Shown: positions 38,798-47,562 of the stretch, piece after piece
Layout of the letters: every line of letters starts with the position of its first letter
Position numbering within the stretch: position 1 is the first letter of the stretch
NCBI GenBank assembly: GCA_036675025.1
Contig: JAKFFN010000113.1
Location: 5,337 to 69,336 of the forward strand
Direction: 5' to 3'
Length of the DNA: 64,000 nucleotides
From: Candidatus Sumerlaeales bacterium
GTDB taxonomy: Bacteria > Sumerlaeota > Sumerlaeia > Sumerlaeales > Sumerlaeaceae
Notes under the pieces: generated by a model
The model's database searches: none
What the model was told of the DNA's origin: nothing
Seen by the model: only the letters and a program-made list of their open reading frames with translations
Made by a program: the position numbers and the translations under genes

Positions 38798-39805
38798 ATG
38801 CTTCAGTTCATCTTAAAGCGCCTCGCCGTGGCCCTGCCATTGGCCCTCGGTGCGTCCTTTATCACGTTCAGCATCCTGTACTTCGTTCCCGGCGATCCCG
38901 TAGTCACAATGCTCGGCGACAAGGCTAATGACGCTGCCCTGGTTGCCAAAATGCGGGAAGAGCTTGGCCTAAACGATCCGTTTCTAGTGCGTTACGGCCG
39001 GTTTCTCAAGGGCCTCGTTGCCGGTGATCTTGGCAACAGCTTCGTTTCCAACCGCCCTGTTGTGGAAGAACTGACCGACGCACTTCCGGCCACCATTGAA
39101 TTGGCCATGTGTGGCCTGATCATCGCCTGTTGCATCGGTCTGGTTTCGGGAGTCGTATCAGCCGTTCGCCAGTACAGCGCCTGGGACTACAGCTTTATGG
39201 TCATCGCCCTGGTGGGTGTATCTATTCCCGTGTTCTGGCTGGCGCTCCTGCTAAGTTACTTCTTCGCTTTTAAATACCCCTGGTTCGACATGGCCGGCCG
39301 CATGAGCCAGCAATACTCGGATTTCGTTCCAATCACAGGACTGATGCTCATTGATAGCATACTGACTCTTGACTGGGAGGTGTTTCTCGATGTGCTTCGC
39401 CATATCACACTCCCGGCAGTCACACTTGGTCTAATAGGGTCTGCTCTTATTGCGCGAATGACTCGAAGCAGCGTGCTGGAAGTAAAAAACCGCGACTTCA
39501 TACGCACCGCCCGTGCAAAAGGTTTATCCTCTCGCCAGGTGTTGTGGCATGTGTTGCGAAACGCCATGCTTCCAGTGGTGACGGTTGTCGGGCTGCAGTT
39601 TGGCGCGTTGTTAGGCGGCGCAATCATTACGGAAGAAATCTTTGCCTGGCCCGGCCTCGGTACCTATCTCGTGCAGGCGATCCGCTACCGCGACATTGTG
39701 GCCGTGCAAGGTGCCGTAATGGTCATCGTGATCATGTTTCTCGTGGTGAACCTCGGCGTGGATGTTCTCTATGCCGTAATTGATCCGCGCACTAACGAGG
39801 GCTGA
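38798..39805 (+). CDS. ABC transporter permease, OppB/DppB type (orphan)
   Basis: It has 6 TM helices and a BPD_transp_1 EAA-like loop (IRTARAKGLSSRQV). No cognate OppC, ATPase or substrate-binding protein gene is adjacent. Confidence 0.85.
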   Translation: MLQFILKRLAVALPLALGASFITFSILYFVPGDPVVTMLGDKANDAALVAKMREELGLNDPFLVRYGRFLKGLVAGDLGNSFVSNRPVVEELTDALPATIELAMCGLIIACCIGLVSGVVSAVRQYSAWDYSFMVIALVGVSIPVFWLALLLSYFFAFKYPWFDMAGRMSQQYSDFVPITGLMLIDSILTLDWEVFLDVLRHITLPAVTLGLIGSALIARMTRSSVLEVKNRDFIRTARAKGLSSRQVLWHVLRNAMLPVVTVVGLQFGALLGGAIITEEIFAWPGLGTYLVQAIRYRDIVAVQGAVMVIVIMFLVVNLGVDVLYAVIDPRTNEG

Positions 39806-39907
39806 TCTACCCCTCCTCCGCCCGGTAAAAACCAATTCTTGCATTTGTTTCCGGCGCACTGATTCTTGAAATCCTATCAGACATTGCGTTACCGGAGGTT
39901 TCACTGT

Positions 39908-41989
39908 ATGAAGGAGTACTCTACCAGTCAAATCCGCAATGTGGTGCTGGTCGGCCACAGCCACGCAGGCAAAACATCGTTAATCGAGGCAATTCTCTAC
40001 AATCTGAAAATGACTGATCGTGTAGGGACCGTCGAAGAAGGAAATACTGTTTCCGATTACGACCAGGAAGAGATTCGGCGCCGCATTTCCCTTAACACGT
40101 CTCTTATTCCAATTGAGTTCCGCGACCACAAAATTAACATTCTAGACGTTCCCGGCTCTCGGGATTTTATCGGCGAAATACGCAATACCGTCCGTGTTGC
40201 GGACGCGATGATCATCTTTGTGGATGCCACTGCCGGCGTTGAAACCGGTACCGAGATGGCCTATGATCTTGCGGAAGAGTTTAACCTGCCCCGTATGTTC
40301 GTGATCAATAAAATCAACCATGAGAAAGCGCAATTCGAGCCCATAGTTGAACAGGTGAAATCGACCTTCGGTTGCAATGTGGTGCAATTGAATCACCCTC
40401 ACGGCACCGGGAACAACTTCAAAGGCTGCGTAAATCTTCTTCGCATGAAACTCGCCAGCGGCACCCAGGGCAAGGTGGATTACACCGATATACCAGCCGA
40501 GCTTGAAACGCAGTCAAAGGAGCTGAAGGCCGCGTTAATCGAAGCCGCAGCGGAAGGGGATGACGAACTCACCACCAAGTTTCTTGATGGCGAAGAACTG
40601 AGCCATATCGAAGTTCTACGTGGCTTGAAAGAAGACCTTCTCGATCACCGTATTTGTCCTGTTATTGCTGCCAGCGCTACGGAAGCCACCGGTTGCATGA
40701 GTCTTCTCGATTTCATTATTGAGTGTTTCCCGGCACCGGGCGAAGAGGGACCTTTCCGTGGCGAGGATCCGAAAACTGGAAAAGAGATTCTGCTAAAGTA
40801 TGATCCTGCTGCGCCCGTCGCCGCCTTTGTATTTAAGACCATATCCGATCCTTACGCCGGTCACCTTACATTCTTTAAAGTCCTCAACGGAAGCATGAAG
40901 AACGACACCGTTCTCCTTAACACCACCCGCGGACTGGAAGAGCGAGTAAACCGTTTCCTCACCATGCGAGGAAAGAATACGGAAACGGTAGATTCACTTG
41001 CCGCAGGGGACATCGGTGTTTTGGCCAAACTCAACAATACTCATACCAATGACACTCTCTGCGATCCCAAGGCGCCGCTCAAGATTGACCCGACCCCGAT
41101 GCCGCCTCATGTCGTTCACATGGCCATCCGCGCCAGCAACAAGGAAGACGAAGACCGCATCAGCCTCGCAATGCATCGCCTTATCGAACAAGACCCCACC
41201 CTGCATCTCCACCGCGACACCGAAACTCACCAGACGATTCTCAGCGGCATGGGTGACACCCACCTTGATGTCGCTGTAGCGCGTCTGAAAGCGCAGAGCA
41301 AGGTTGAGGTAGAACTGGAGGCGCCAAAAGTAGCCTACCGCGAAACCATTACAAAGCCTGCCAAGGGACAGGGCAAACACAAAAAGCAAAGCGGTGGCCG
41401 TGGCCAGTATGGCGACTGCTGGATCCGACTGGAACCGCTACCCGAAGGCAGTGGTTTTGTGTTCGGATGGGAAGTGGTCGGGGGTGTCGTACCTACCAAA
41501 TACCAGCCATCTGTAGAGAAGGGAATAGCCCAGGCGCTCGAGCGCGGCATACTAACCGGTCACCGCGCCGTTGATCTTAAAGCTATCTGTTACGACGGCA
41601 GCTACCACACTGTCGACTCCAGCGATATGGCATTCCAGGTAGCAGCCTCTAAGGCTTTTAAGAGCGTTGCAAAAAATGCTGCTCCTGTAATCCTAGAGCC
41701 AATTTATAAAATCAAAATAACAGTACCGGAGCAGTACGTGGGCGATGTTATGGGAGACCTGAACTCGCGGCGCGGCCGGATTCTCGGTATTGATTCAAAT
41801 GGGCGTAATCAGCGAATCGAAGCCCTGGTACCACAAGCGGAGATTCATGAGTACTCCCGGGAGCTTCGGTCTATAACGCAGGGACGGGGCACATTTGAAG
41901 CCGTTTATGAAAAGTATGACCGCGTTCCACAGCCGATCCAGGAGAAACTAATATCTTTTGCTCAGCATGACCAGGATGAAGACGATTAG
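39908..41989 (+). CDS. Elongation factor G paralog with degenerate GTPase motifs (EFG II-like)
   Basis: A GGAGG RBS precedes the ATG at 39908. Domains II–V are well conserved (HKKQSGGRGQYG; YHTVDSSDMAFQVAASKAF). The G-domain motifs diverge: G1 GHSHAGKTS, G3 DVPGSRDF (catalytic His→Ser), G4 NKIN (Asp→Asn), G5 SAT. Confidence 0.85.
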   Translation: MKEYSTSQIRNVVLVGHSHAGKTSLIEAILYNLKMTDRVGTVEEGNTVSDYDQEEIRRRISLNTSLIPIEFRDHKINILDVPGSRDFIGEIRNTVRVADAMIIFVDATAGVETGTEMAYDLAEEFNLPRMFVINKINHEKAQFEPIVEQVKSTFGCNVVQLNHPHGTGNNFKGCVNLLRMKLASGTQGKVDYTDIPAELETQSKELKAALIEAAAEGDDELTTKFLDGEELSHIEVLRGLKEDLLDHRICPVIAASATEATGCMSLLDFIIECFPAPGEEGPFRGEDPKTGKEILLKYDPAAPVAAFVFKTISDPYAGHLTFFKVLNGSMKNDTVLLNTTRGLEERVNRFLTMRGKNTETVDSLAAGDIGVLAKLNNTHTNDTLCDPKAPLKIDPTPMPPHVVHMAIRASNKEDEDRISLAMHRLIEQDPTLHLHRDTETHQTILSGMGDTHLDVAVARLKAQSKVEVELEAPKVAYRETITKPAKGQGKHKKQSGGRGQYGDCWIRLEPLPEGSGFVFGWEVVGGVVPTKYQPSVEKGIAQALERGILTGHRAVDLKAICYDGSYHTVDSSDMAFQVAASKAFKSVAKNAAPVILEPIYKIKITVPEQYVGDVMGDLNSRRGRILGIDSNGRNQRIEALVPQAEIHEYSRELRSITQGRGTFEAVYEKYDRVPQPIQEKLISFAQHDQDEDD

Positions 41990-42399
41990 TCAATGAGGGC
42001 CTGGGAAGCAGTGCCAGCAGTTTACTGTCCCATATGGAAGGATGCACGTACGCTCTAGTGTACCAAATCGTGCAGGTGTGATGTGGTCTCTGAAAGACCG
42101 TTGATCACAAACCATTGAACACGAACACTTTACGGAGATATCAAGCGTGCCCATTCGCTAGGACTGCTTTTTGTTACTATAGGCTGTCACGAAGCGCGAG
42201 AAAGTCACAACAAGACGCGAATCGTGACAGATTTGGCAGTTTCTGCGAGAGGGAAGCCGCAGAATGGGGGGTCGGATCCAAGCGCGAGGGATCCGGCCCT
42301 TCGCTATTTTAGCGAACTGCTGTTTAAAAGTATGGCCAGGAGGGGGGAGGAGGTTCTCCCGCTGGTGATTAAAATCCGGCCGTGAGAACGCAGCATCTT

Positions 42400-43149
42400 T
42401 TAGCCAAACATGCTGCTATTACCAATGAAGTCACAGACTTCGTAAAGCCGCTTGATACGCTGAAGGTCTTGGCACTCCGCGTGGCGGTTATGGCGATCGA
42501 TCAGCAAAGCTGCCATACCGCACTGGGCTGCCGGCCGGTAATCTTCCTCGGGATGATCGCCAACAAAAACGATCCTGCCGGGATCGCAATTGCCACATTT
42601 GTCCAGTGCGCGTCGGAAAATTTCGGTCCCCGGCTTTTCACAGCCAACCGAAGCACTCGTAATCACGAAGTCGAAAAAGTCGGCAATCTCCAGCTTCTTT
42701 AGAAAATCATCCAGGTAGGTGCTGAAGTTCGAAACAATGCCCATCTTGATGTTGTTTTCGGCAAGCGCCTGCAGCGTCTCCAGCGCATCTGGAAAAAGCC
42801 TGACGAACTCGCCCTCTTCAAAGCGGTCAATATAGTCCGCTGCCAGGTGCTCAATAAATCCAGGTGTGCGGTTCAGTCCTTTGGCGCCCAAAAGATCTGC
42901 AAATGCCGTCGAGTACAGGTGCTGCCAGAAAGCTCGGGCCTCTGCATCAGACGAACATCTTGTATCAAACTGACGGGATCTTGCAGCGCGGCGCAATACT
43001 TCGTGAACCTTGTGCACCGTGACGACGCAGCCCTGCTCTGCGCAGGCATCAACAAAGAATTGCTCATACCAATATTCCGAATCAGTATTAGTACCGAGGA
43101 GGGTGCCCCCGGCGTCGAAAAGAACGTAGGAATACGGCATGTTGGACAT
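42400..43149 (-). CDS. HAD-superfamily hydrolase (subfamily IA-like)
   Basis: Motif I is VLFDAGGTL, a DxG variant. Motif IV is VFVGDHPEEDY. An AAGGGG RBS precedes it. It lies 36 nt downstream of the 477-aa gene. Confidence 0.8.
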   Translation of the reverse strand: MSNMPYSYVLFDAGGTLLGTNTDSEYWYEQFFVDACAEQGCVVTVHKVHEVLRRAARSRQFDTRCSSDAEARAFWQHLYSTAFADLLGAKGLNRTPGFIEHLAADYIDRFEEGEFVRLFPDALETLQALAENNIKMGIVSNFSTYLDDFLKKLEIADFFDFVITSASVGCEKPGTEIFRRALDKCGNCDPGRIVFVGDHPEEDYRPAAQCGMAALLIDRHNRHAECQDLQRIKRLYEVCDFIGNSSMFG

Positions 43150-43185
43150 GGATCCGCCCCTTGAAAATTGTTAGGATCCCCCTGC

Positions 43186-44619
43186 TCAGATTTCCTGAAC
43201 GAGGGCCAGTTGCTCTTTCTCTACAAAGACTTCCGACATTTTATGGAGCGGGCGGAGCGGAATTGCGGTTTCTATGCAGAATTCCAGAATCCGCAGAATC
43301 ACCAGGTATTCAAGCGTACAGCGTTCCATTGGGAAATCATAATACACACGGACGCTGGTTGAAAACGTCTGGTCAAAAATATCGCTCATTACAGGAACAC
43401 GGATCTGCTGCAGGTCCGGTTGCTGGAACATGTCGAATTGAAGCTTCAATTGCCTGCGCTCTGTAAGCTGCTGCTCGAAATACGTGCAGCGCTCTCGCCA
43501 GAAATCCAGCACCTGCTGGATTACGTGTAGCGCCCAACCGATCCCGCTTTCTTCCAGGTCGATCCAGATAGGCTCATAAACATTTACATCATCAGCCTGC
43601 AGGCGCCGGCGAATGTTCAACGTTTCCGTTACCGAGAACTTCCACAGCTTCAGCTTGGAGTTGGCATCTGAGAAAACATCTGCCTGCACTGCCGCTGAAA
43701 ACTTTGCATGACTGAGCAGAAACAATTCCATTACGAACTGCGAAAACTGCTGGCGGGTATCCGCGCTCATCAGTGCAAAGAAGTTGCTCTCTGCAGAGGT
43801 CCATTCCAGGAACTCCACATCGTAGCGCCCCAGCACTTCAGAAGATGCCTGGTGAAGCCACGCGATTCCATCAAATGGCAGCGTACGTATTAGCCCGCCG
43901 CGACCGTTAAAATCCGCGGACCGTCGGTTATCCAGGAAGTTCGTACGTAAGCGCAGTTCCGGTTCCTGCAGACCAATCAGGGTGTCATAAAGAAACAGCA
44001 GGATAACCTTCTGCATCAATACCTGCATAAACGCCGGCGTCGCATTCGTGCGTGCGCCGATGCCTACCTTCCACAGGTCCAGCCACCGCGCAAATTCCTC
44101 AGCCCGCTGACTGTTGGTCTTGCGCTGGATCTTGTTCCACTGCTCCGCAATGTGTGCGCCCTCAGATACGGGAATGATTACCAGTTCCTGCAGGCCCGCA
44201 AAATCGTTTCCCCACCGTATGAGTTCTTCCATGGCAGAATCATATAGAAAAAAGCTCTTTTTCCCAATGAAGAGGATATAGGGAATCTCGCAATGCGGCT
44301 TTAGACGCAGCAGCGATTCTGCAATGAAAGCATTTTTATCTACGTACTGTTCGAACAATTCATGAAATTGCGGCAGATCGGCAGTCACTGTATAGATGAG
44401 GCAAAAGGGCCGCGCATCGTATTGTGGCTGGCTTACAACGTACGGCGGAAAGCGTCTTACGCCGCGGCGGACAATAGCAGAAAGATCGCGTCCCGCTTCG
44501 CTCTGCACCCCATCAGGCGCATGCACCGGGTTGAGTTCCACCGGAAACGGTTCAATGTCACCGCGGCGCTCACTCCGGATTTCGTCTATATGTTGCCAAA
44601 AGCGTTCAAACAGATTCAT
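43186..44619 (-). CDS. Hypothetical protein (477 aa, no recognisable domain)
   Basis: It is a long uninterrupted ORF, co-oriented and tightly linked with the HAD gene. I found no nucleotide-binding or metal motifs. Confidence 0.55.
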   Translation of the reverse strand: MNLFERFWQHIDEIRSERRGDIEPFPVELNPVHAPDGVQSEAGRDLSAIVRRGVRRFPPYVVSQPQYDARPFCLIYTVTADLPQFHELFEQYVDKNAFIAESLLRLKPHCEIPYILFIGKKSFFLYDSAMEELIRWGNDFAGLQELVIIPVSEGAHIAEQWNKIQRKTNSQRAEEFARWLDLWKVGIGARTNATPAFMQVLMQKVILLFLYDTLIGLQEPELRLRTNFLDNRRSADFNGRGGLIRTLPFDGIAWLHQASSEVLGRYDVEFLEWTSAESNFFALMSADTRQQFSQFVMELFLLSHAKFSAAVQADVFSDANSKLKLWKFSVTETLNIRRRLQADDVNVYEPIWIDLEESGIGWALHVIQQVLDFWRERCTYFEQQLTERRQLKLQFDMFQQPDLQQIRVPVMSDIFDQTFSTSVRVYYDFPMERCTLEYLVILRILEFCIETAIPLRPLHKMSEVFVEKEQLALVQEI

Positions 44620-44753
44620 AATACTGGGGAGCTAATTCCTGCGAAAGGGGGGAGTTAAGCAAGAGGAAACGCAGAAATTGTTATAGACCGTGTGCGGTTC
44701 TTGCTTCTTCCTTTCATTTCAGAAGATTTACAAACTTTTACTGGAGAGTTCCC

Positions 44754-45041
44754 ATGCCTGAACGCCTGGCTGACAACAAAGTCACAGAACAGTTAAATAC
44801 CTTGTCTGGATGGCAGCGAAGTGGCGACCAGATCGAAAAAGACTTTGAGTTTAAAGACTTTGCAAAAGCGCTCGCCTTTGTAAACCAGGTAGGAGATGAA
44901 GCCGAACGCATGGACCACCACCCCGACATTTTTTTGCATAGCTGGAACAAGGTAAAAATTTCCCTGACCACCCACTCCGCAAAAGGCTTAACTGAAAACG
45001 ATTTTGAACTTGCCCGCAAGATTCAGAAGCTTCAATCCTAG
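44754..45041 (+). CDS. phhB: Pterin-4a-carbinolamine dehydratase
   Basis: It has the signature ERMDHHPDIFLHSW and is 95 aa. A GGAGAG RBS precedes it. Confidence 0.9.
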   Translation: MPERLADNKVTEQLNTLSGWQRSGDQIEKDFEFKDFAKALAFVNQVGDEAERMDHHPDIFLHSWNKVKISLTTHSAKGLTENDFELARKIQKLQS

Positions 45042-45048
45042 GCATTCT

Positions 45049-45393
45049 ATGGAAAGTAAAGACCTTGATGAACTGGAAATCGGCCCCGAGGAAGTGGAAC
45101 CGCTCATCGGCAATGAAAATCACAATACTGATATCGTTGACGTGCGGGAAGAGTCTGAGCTTGCAGGGGGCATCCTGCCAGGTGCAATTCATGTCCCAAT
45201 GTCCCGGTTCCAAGAGCACATTCCTAGCTTTACCAGCGATCGCCGCTATGTAATTTACTGTGCCCATGGCGTACGTAGCCTGCATGTTGCAGAATGGCTA
45301 TGTGCAAACAAAGGCGTCAGCGCAAAGTCCATGCGCGGGGGCTTTGCAGACTGGAATGGGCCGATAGCTTCTTATAACGGCGGCACTCGTTGA
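45049..45393 (+). CDS. Rhodanese-domain protein (single domain)
   Basis: It has the active-site loop CAHGVRS with the catalytic Cys. The start is taken at MESKDL, 8 nt after the phhB stop. Confidence 0.8.
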   Translation: MESKDLDELEIGPEEVEPLIGNENHNTDIVDVREESELAGGILPGAIHVPMSRFQEHIPSFTSDRRYVIYCAHGVRSLHVAEWLCANKGVSAKSMRGGFADWNGPIASYNGGTR

Positions 45394-46118
45394 GAGGCCT
45401 GTTCATTACAGGCACCGATACTGGCGCAGGCAAAACAGTCGCAACGGCAACTCTCTGCCGGATTTTGCGAAGCCGCGGAATCGATGCCGTTGCCTTCAAG
45501 CCCTTCGCTACTGGCATAGGCCCCGATACCCGCTGGAAAGACAATGATCCACTTATCCTGGCCGCGGCTATGGACTATGCCGAACCGCCTGAGGTAATCG
45601 CTCCTTTGCGATTGAAGCCGCCCCTCAGCCCTTACGATGCTGCCCGCGTAAGCCACGCCTCGTTTGATATAGATGCAATCATACAGGCAACTGAAGCCGT
45701 GGCTACCCGACATGAACTTGCGCTTGTAGAAGGCGTGGGGGGAGTTTGTGTGCCTCTGACTGAAGATGTACTGGTTGCCGATTTTGCAAAGCGACTGGGT
45801 CTTCCGGCTCTTGTAGTTGCCAGATCAAGCCTTGGCACCATAAACCATAGTCTATTGACGGTCACCGCCCTGCGTTCTGCAGGTGTCTCCGTGGAAGGGC
45901 TGATTTTTTCCCGGCCCGGTTCCGGTGAACTCAGCCTGGATGAAATAGTGGGACCTGAAACAGCCTGTCGTTTTGCGCGTACTGCTTTTTATGGCCTCAT
46001 TCAGCATAGTAGTGAACTTGATTTCGCCGGTAGCGTTGACGAGTTCGTCTCTGCGCTGCCAGTAAACGACCAGGCTCTTATAGCAGTTGCAGATTCCCTG
46101 CTAACCGGTACTACCTGA
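45390..46118 (+). CDS. bioD: Dethiobiotin synthetase
   Basis: Its N-terminal LFITGTDTGAGKT P-loop is typical of BioD. It has a 4-nt overlap with the rhodanese gene. No other bio genes are adjacent. Confidence 0.85.
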   Translation: MRGLFITGTDTGAGKTVATATLCRILRSRGIDAVAFKPFATGIGPDTRWKDNDPLILAAAMDYAEPPEVIAPLRLKPPLSPYDAARVSHASFDIDAIIQATEAVATRHELALVEGVGGVCVPLTEDVLVADFAKRLGLPALVVARSSLGTINHSLLTVTALRSAGVSVEGLIFSRPGSGELSLDEIVGPETACRFARTAFYGLIQHSSELDFAGSVDEFVSALPVNDQALIAVADSLLTGTT

Positions 46119-46119
46119 G

Positions 46120-47478
46120 ATGCGGGGTCCGCGGACCTTTCTTCGCAAGTACTGGCCCGAAATATTGCTCCTACTGATGTTCGTGGGACTGTCGCTCTAT
46201 TATGACGCTCAACTCAAAAGTCGTCTCGATATTGATTCGCACCGTTACCTGGAGCTTGGAAATCGTCTGCTCGAAACTGGCCGGTTTGAGCATAGAGGGC
46301 TGGATGGCAACCTGACTCCCGACTACAGCAGAACTCCAACGTTTCCTCTGCTAATCGCGGCCTCGATGTCAATATTTGGCAAAAATTCAACGGCCGCAAT
46401 CACAGCAGTAATCTGGCTGCAGCGCCTGGCGTGGGCTGGCTCAGTGTGCTGGTTGCTTCCACGCATTCGCTCCGGCAGTGGAAGAGTTCGCCCTTGGTCT
46501 TTGATTGGTAAAGTCGTGCTGCTGTTTTCGCCCGTGGTGCTTTATCATGGAGCGCTGCTGCTGACGGACCTCCTTTACGCCGCCGGATTGCTGGCAGCAT
46601 GCCGGCTCACATTCCGGTCTTTAAACCAGCAACCGGTGTCTGCCCTTCCAGTGGGATTGTTTCACGGCGTGCTCACGCTCCTGCGACCTGTGCATTTACT
46701 CGTTCCCGTGATCCTGAGCCTGCCATTTATCAGGCACCGTAATACTACTGTCGTTGTTTTGATCTTCGCCGCATTTCTCGTTCCGGCAGGGTGGATGATC
46801 CGCAACCATAGCATCCACGACAGCTACTCATTAGTAGCTTTGGACGGTCGTGCCCTTGCTCTTCACCGCGAACAGACGATACGCCAGATGCAGCCCGCAG
46901 ATAGTAGCGCAGAATACGGACCGGAATTTATAGCAGCGCTTCATTCCACAAACGAGAATCCTATCACGGCCGCATGGATTCTCATGCGCGACTACCAGCT
47001 AACCGAGATTCACGCGGACAAAACAGCCAAGGCCGTTGCTCTTGAAGCGATCAGAACAGATCCGCTCAACTACCTGAAGCAAACTGCCAGCAATCTCGGC
47101 CGATTGGTCTGGAGCCGGATCGACGGCTACAACGTTGCACAGGTTCTGATGCCGGCGGCAGGGGAGCGGACCTGGCAACTGGCCGGAACAGCTAACGGAA
47201 TCTGGGGTGTTGTAATGTTTTTGTTAATCCCTGTCTGGCTTGTTGTAACGCGGATCAGGCTACGCCATTTTTACAACCGTGTCACCATAGCGTTGATTCT
47301 TCTCGCCCTATATATGGCCGCCTTACCCGCGTTTACTACCGTAACCTACGGCCGCTTCATGCTTCCCCTGCTGCCTTTGGTCGGGCTTGTTTATTGCATG
47401 GCAGATATTGGCCCACAGAAGAAGTCGTCTCGCCGTTGGCAAGAGAAAAACAAAAAGAAAAACTTTCCTGAAAGCTAG
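46120..47478 (+). CDS. GT-C fold membrane glycosyltransferase (GT39/ArnT/PMT-like)
   Basis: It is predicted to have about 10 TM helices. The N-terminal loop has a DxD-like motif (DIDSHRYLE). Confidence 0.6.
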   Translation: MRGPRTFLRKYWPEILLLLMFVGLSLYYDAQLKSRLDIDSHRYLELGNRLLETGRFEHRGLDGNLTPDYSRTPTFPLLIAASMSIFGKNSTAAITAVIWLQRLAWAGSVCWLLPRIRSGSGRVRPWSLIGKVVLLFSPVVLYHGALLLTDLLYAAGLLAACRLTFRSLNQQPVSALPVGLFHGVLTLLRPVHLLVPVILSLPFIRHRNTTVVVLIFAAFLVPAGWMIRNHSIHDSYSLVALDGRALALHREQTIRQMQPADSSAEYGPEFIAALHSTNENPITAAWILMRDYQLTEIHADKTAKAVALEAIRTDPLNYLKQTASNLGRLVWSRIDGYNVAQVLMPAAGERTWQLAGTANGIWGVVMFLLIPVWLVVTRIRLRHFYNRVTIALILLALYMAALPAFTTVTYGRFMLPLLPLVGLVYCMADIGPQKKSSRRWQEKNKKKNFPES

Positions 47479-47562
47479 GATTTTGCTTTCATGCGTTGAC
47501 ACGCTAGGCGCATCATCCGAAACCTAACAACAAAGTAAGTGTGAAAGGTCTCTCGACCACAA

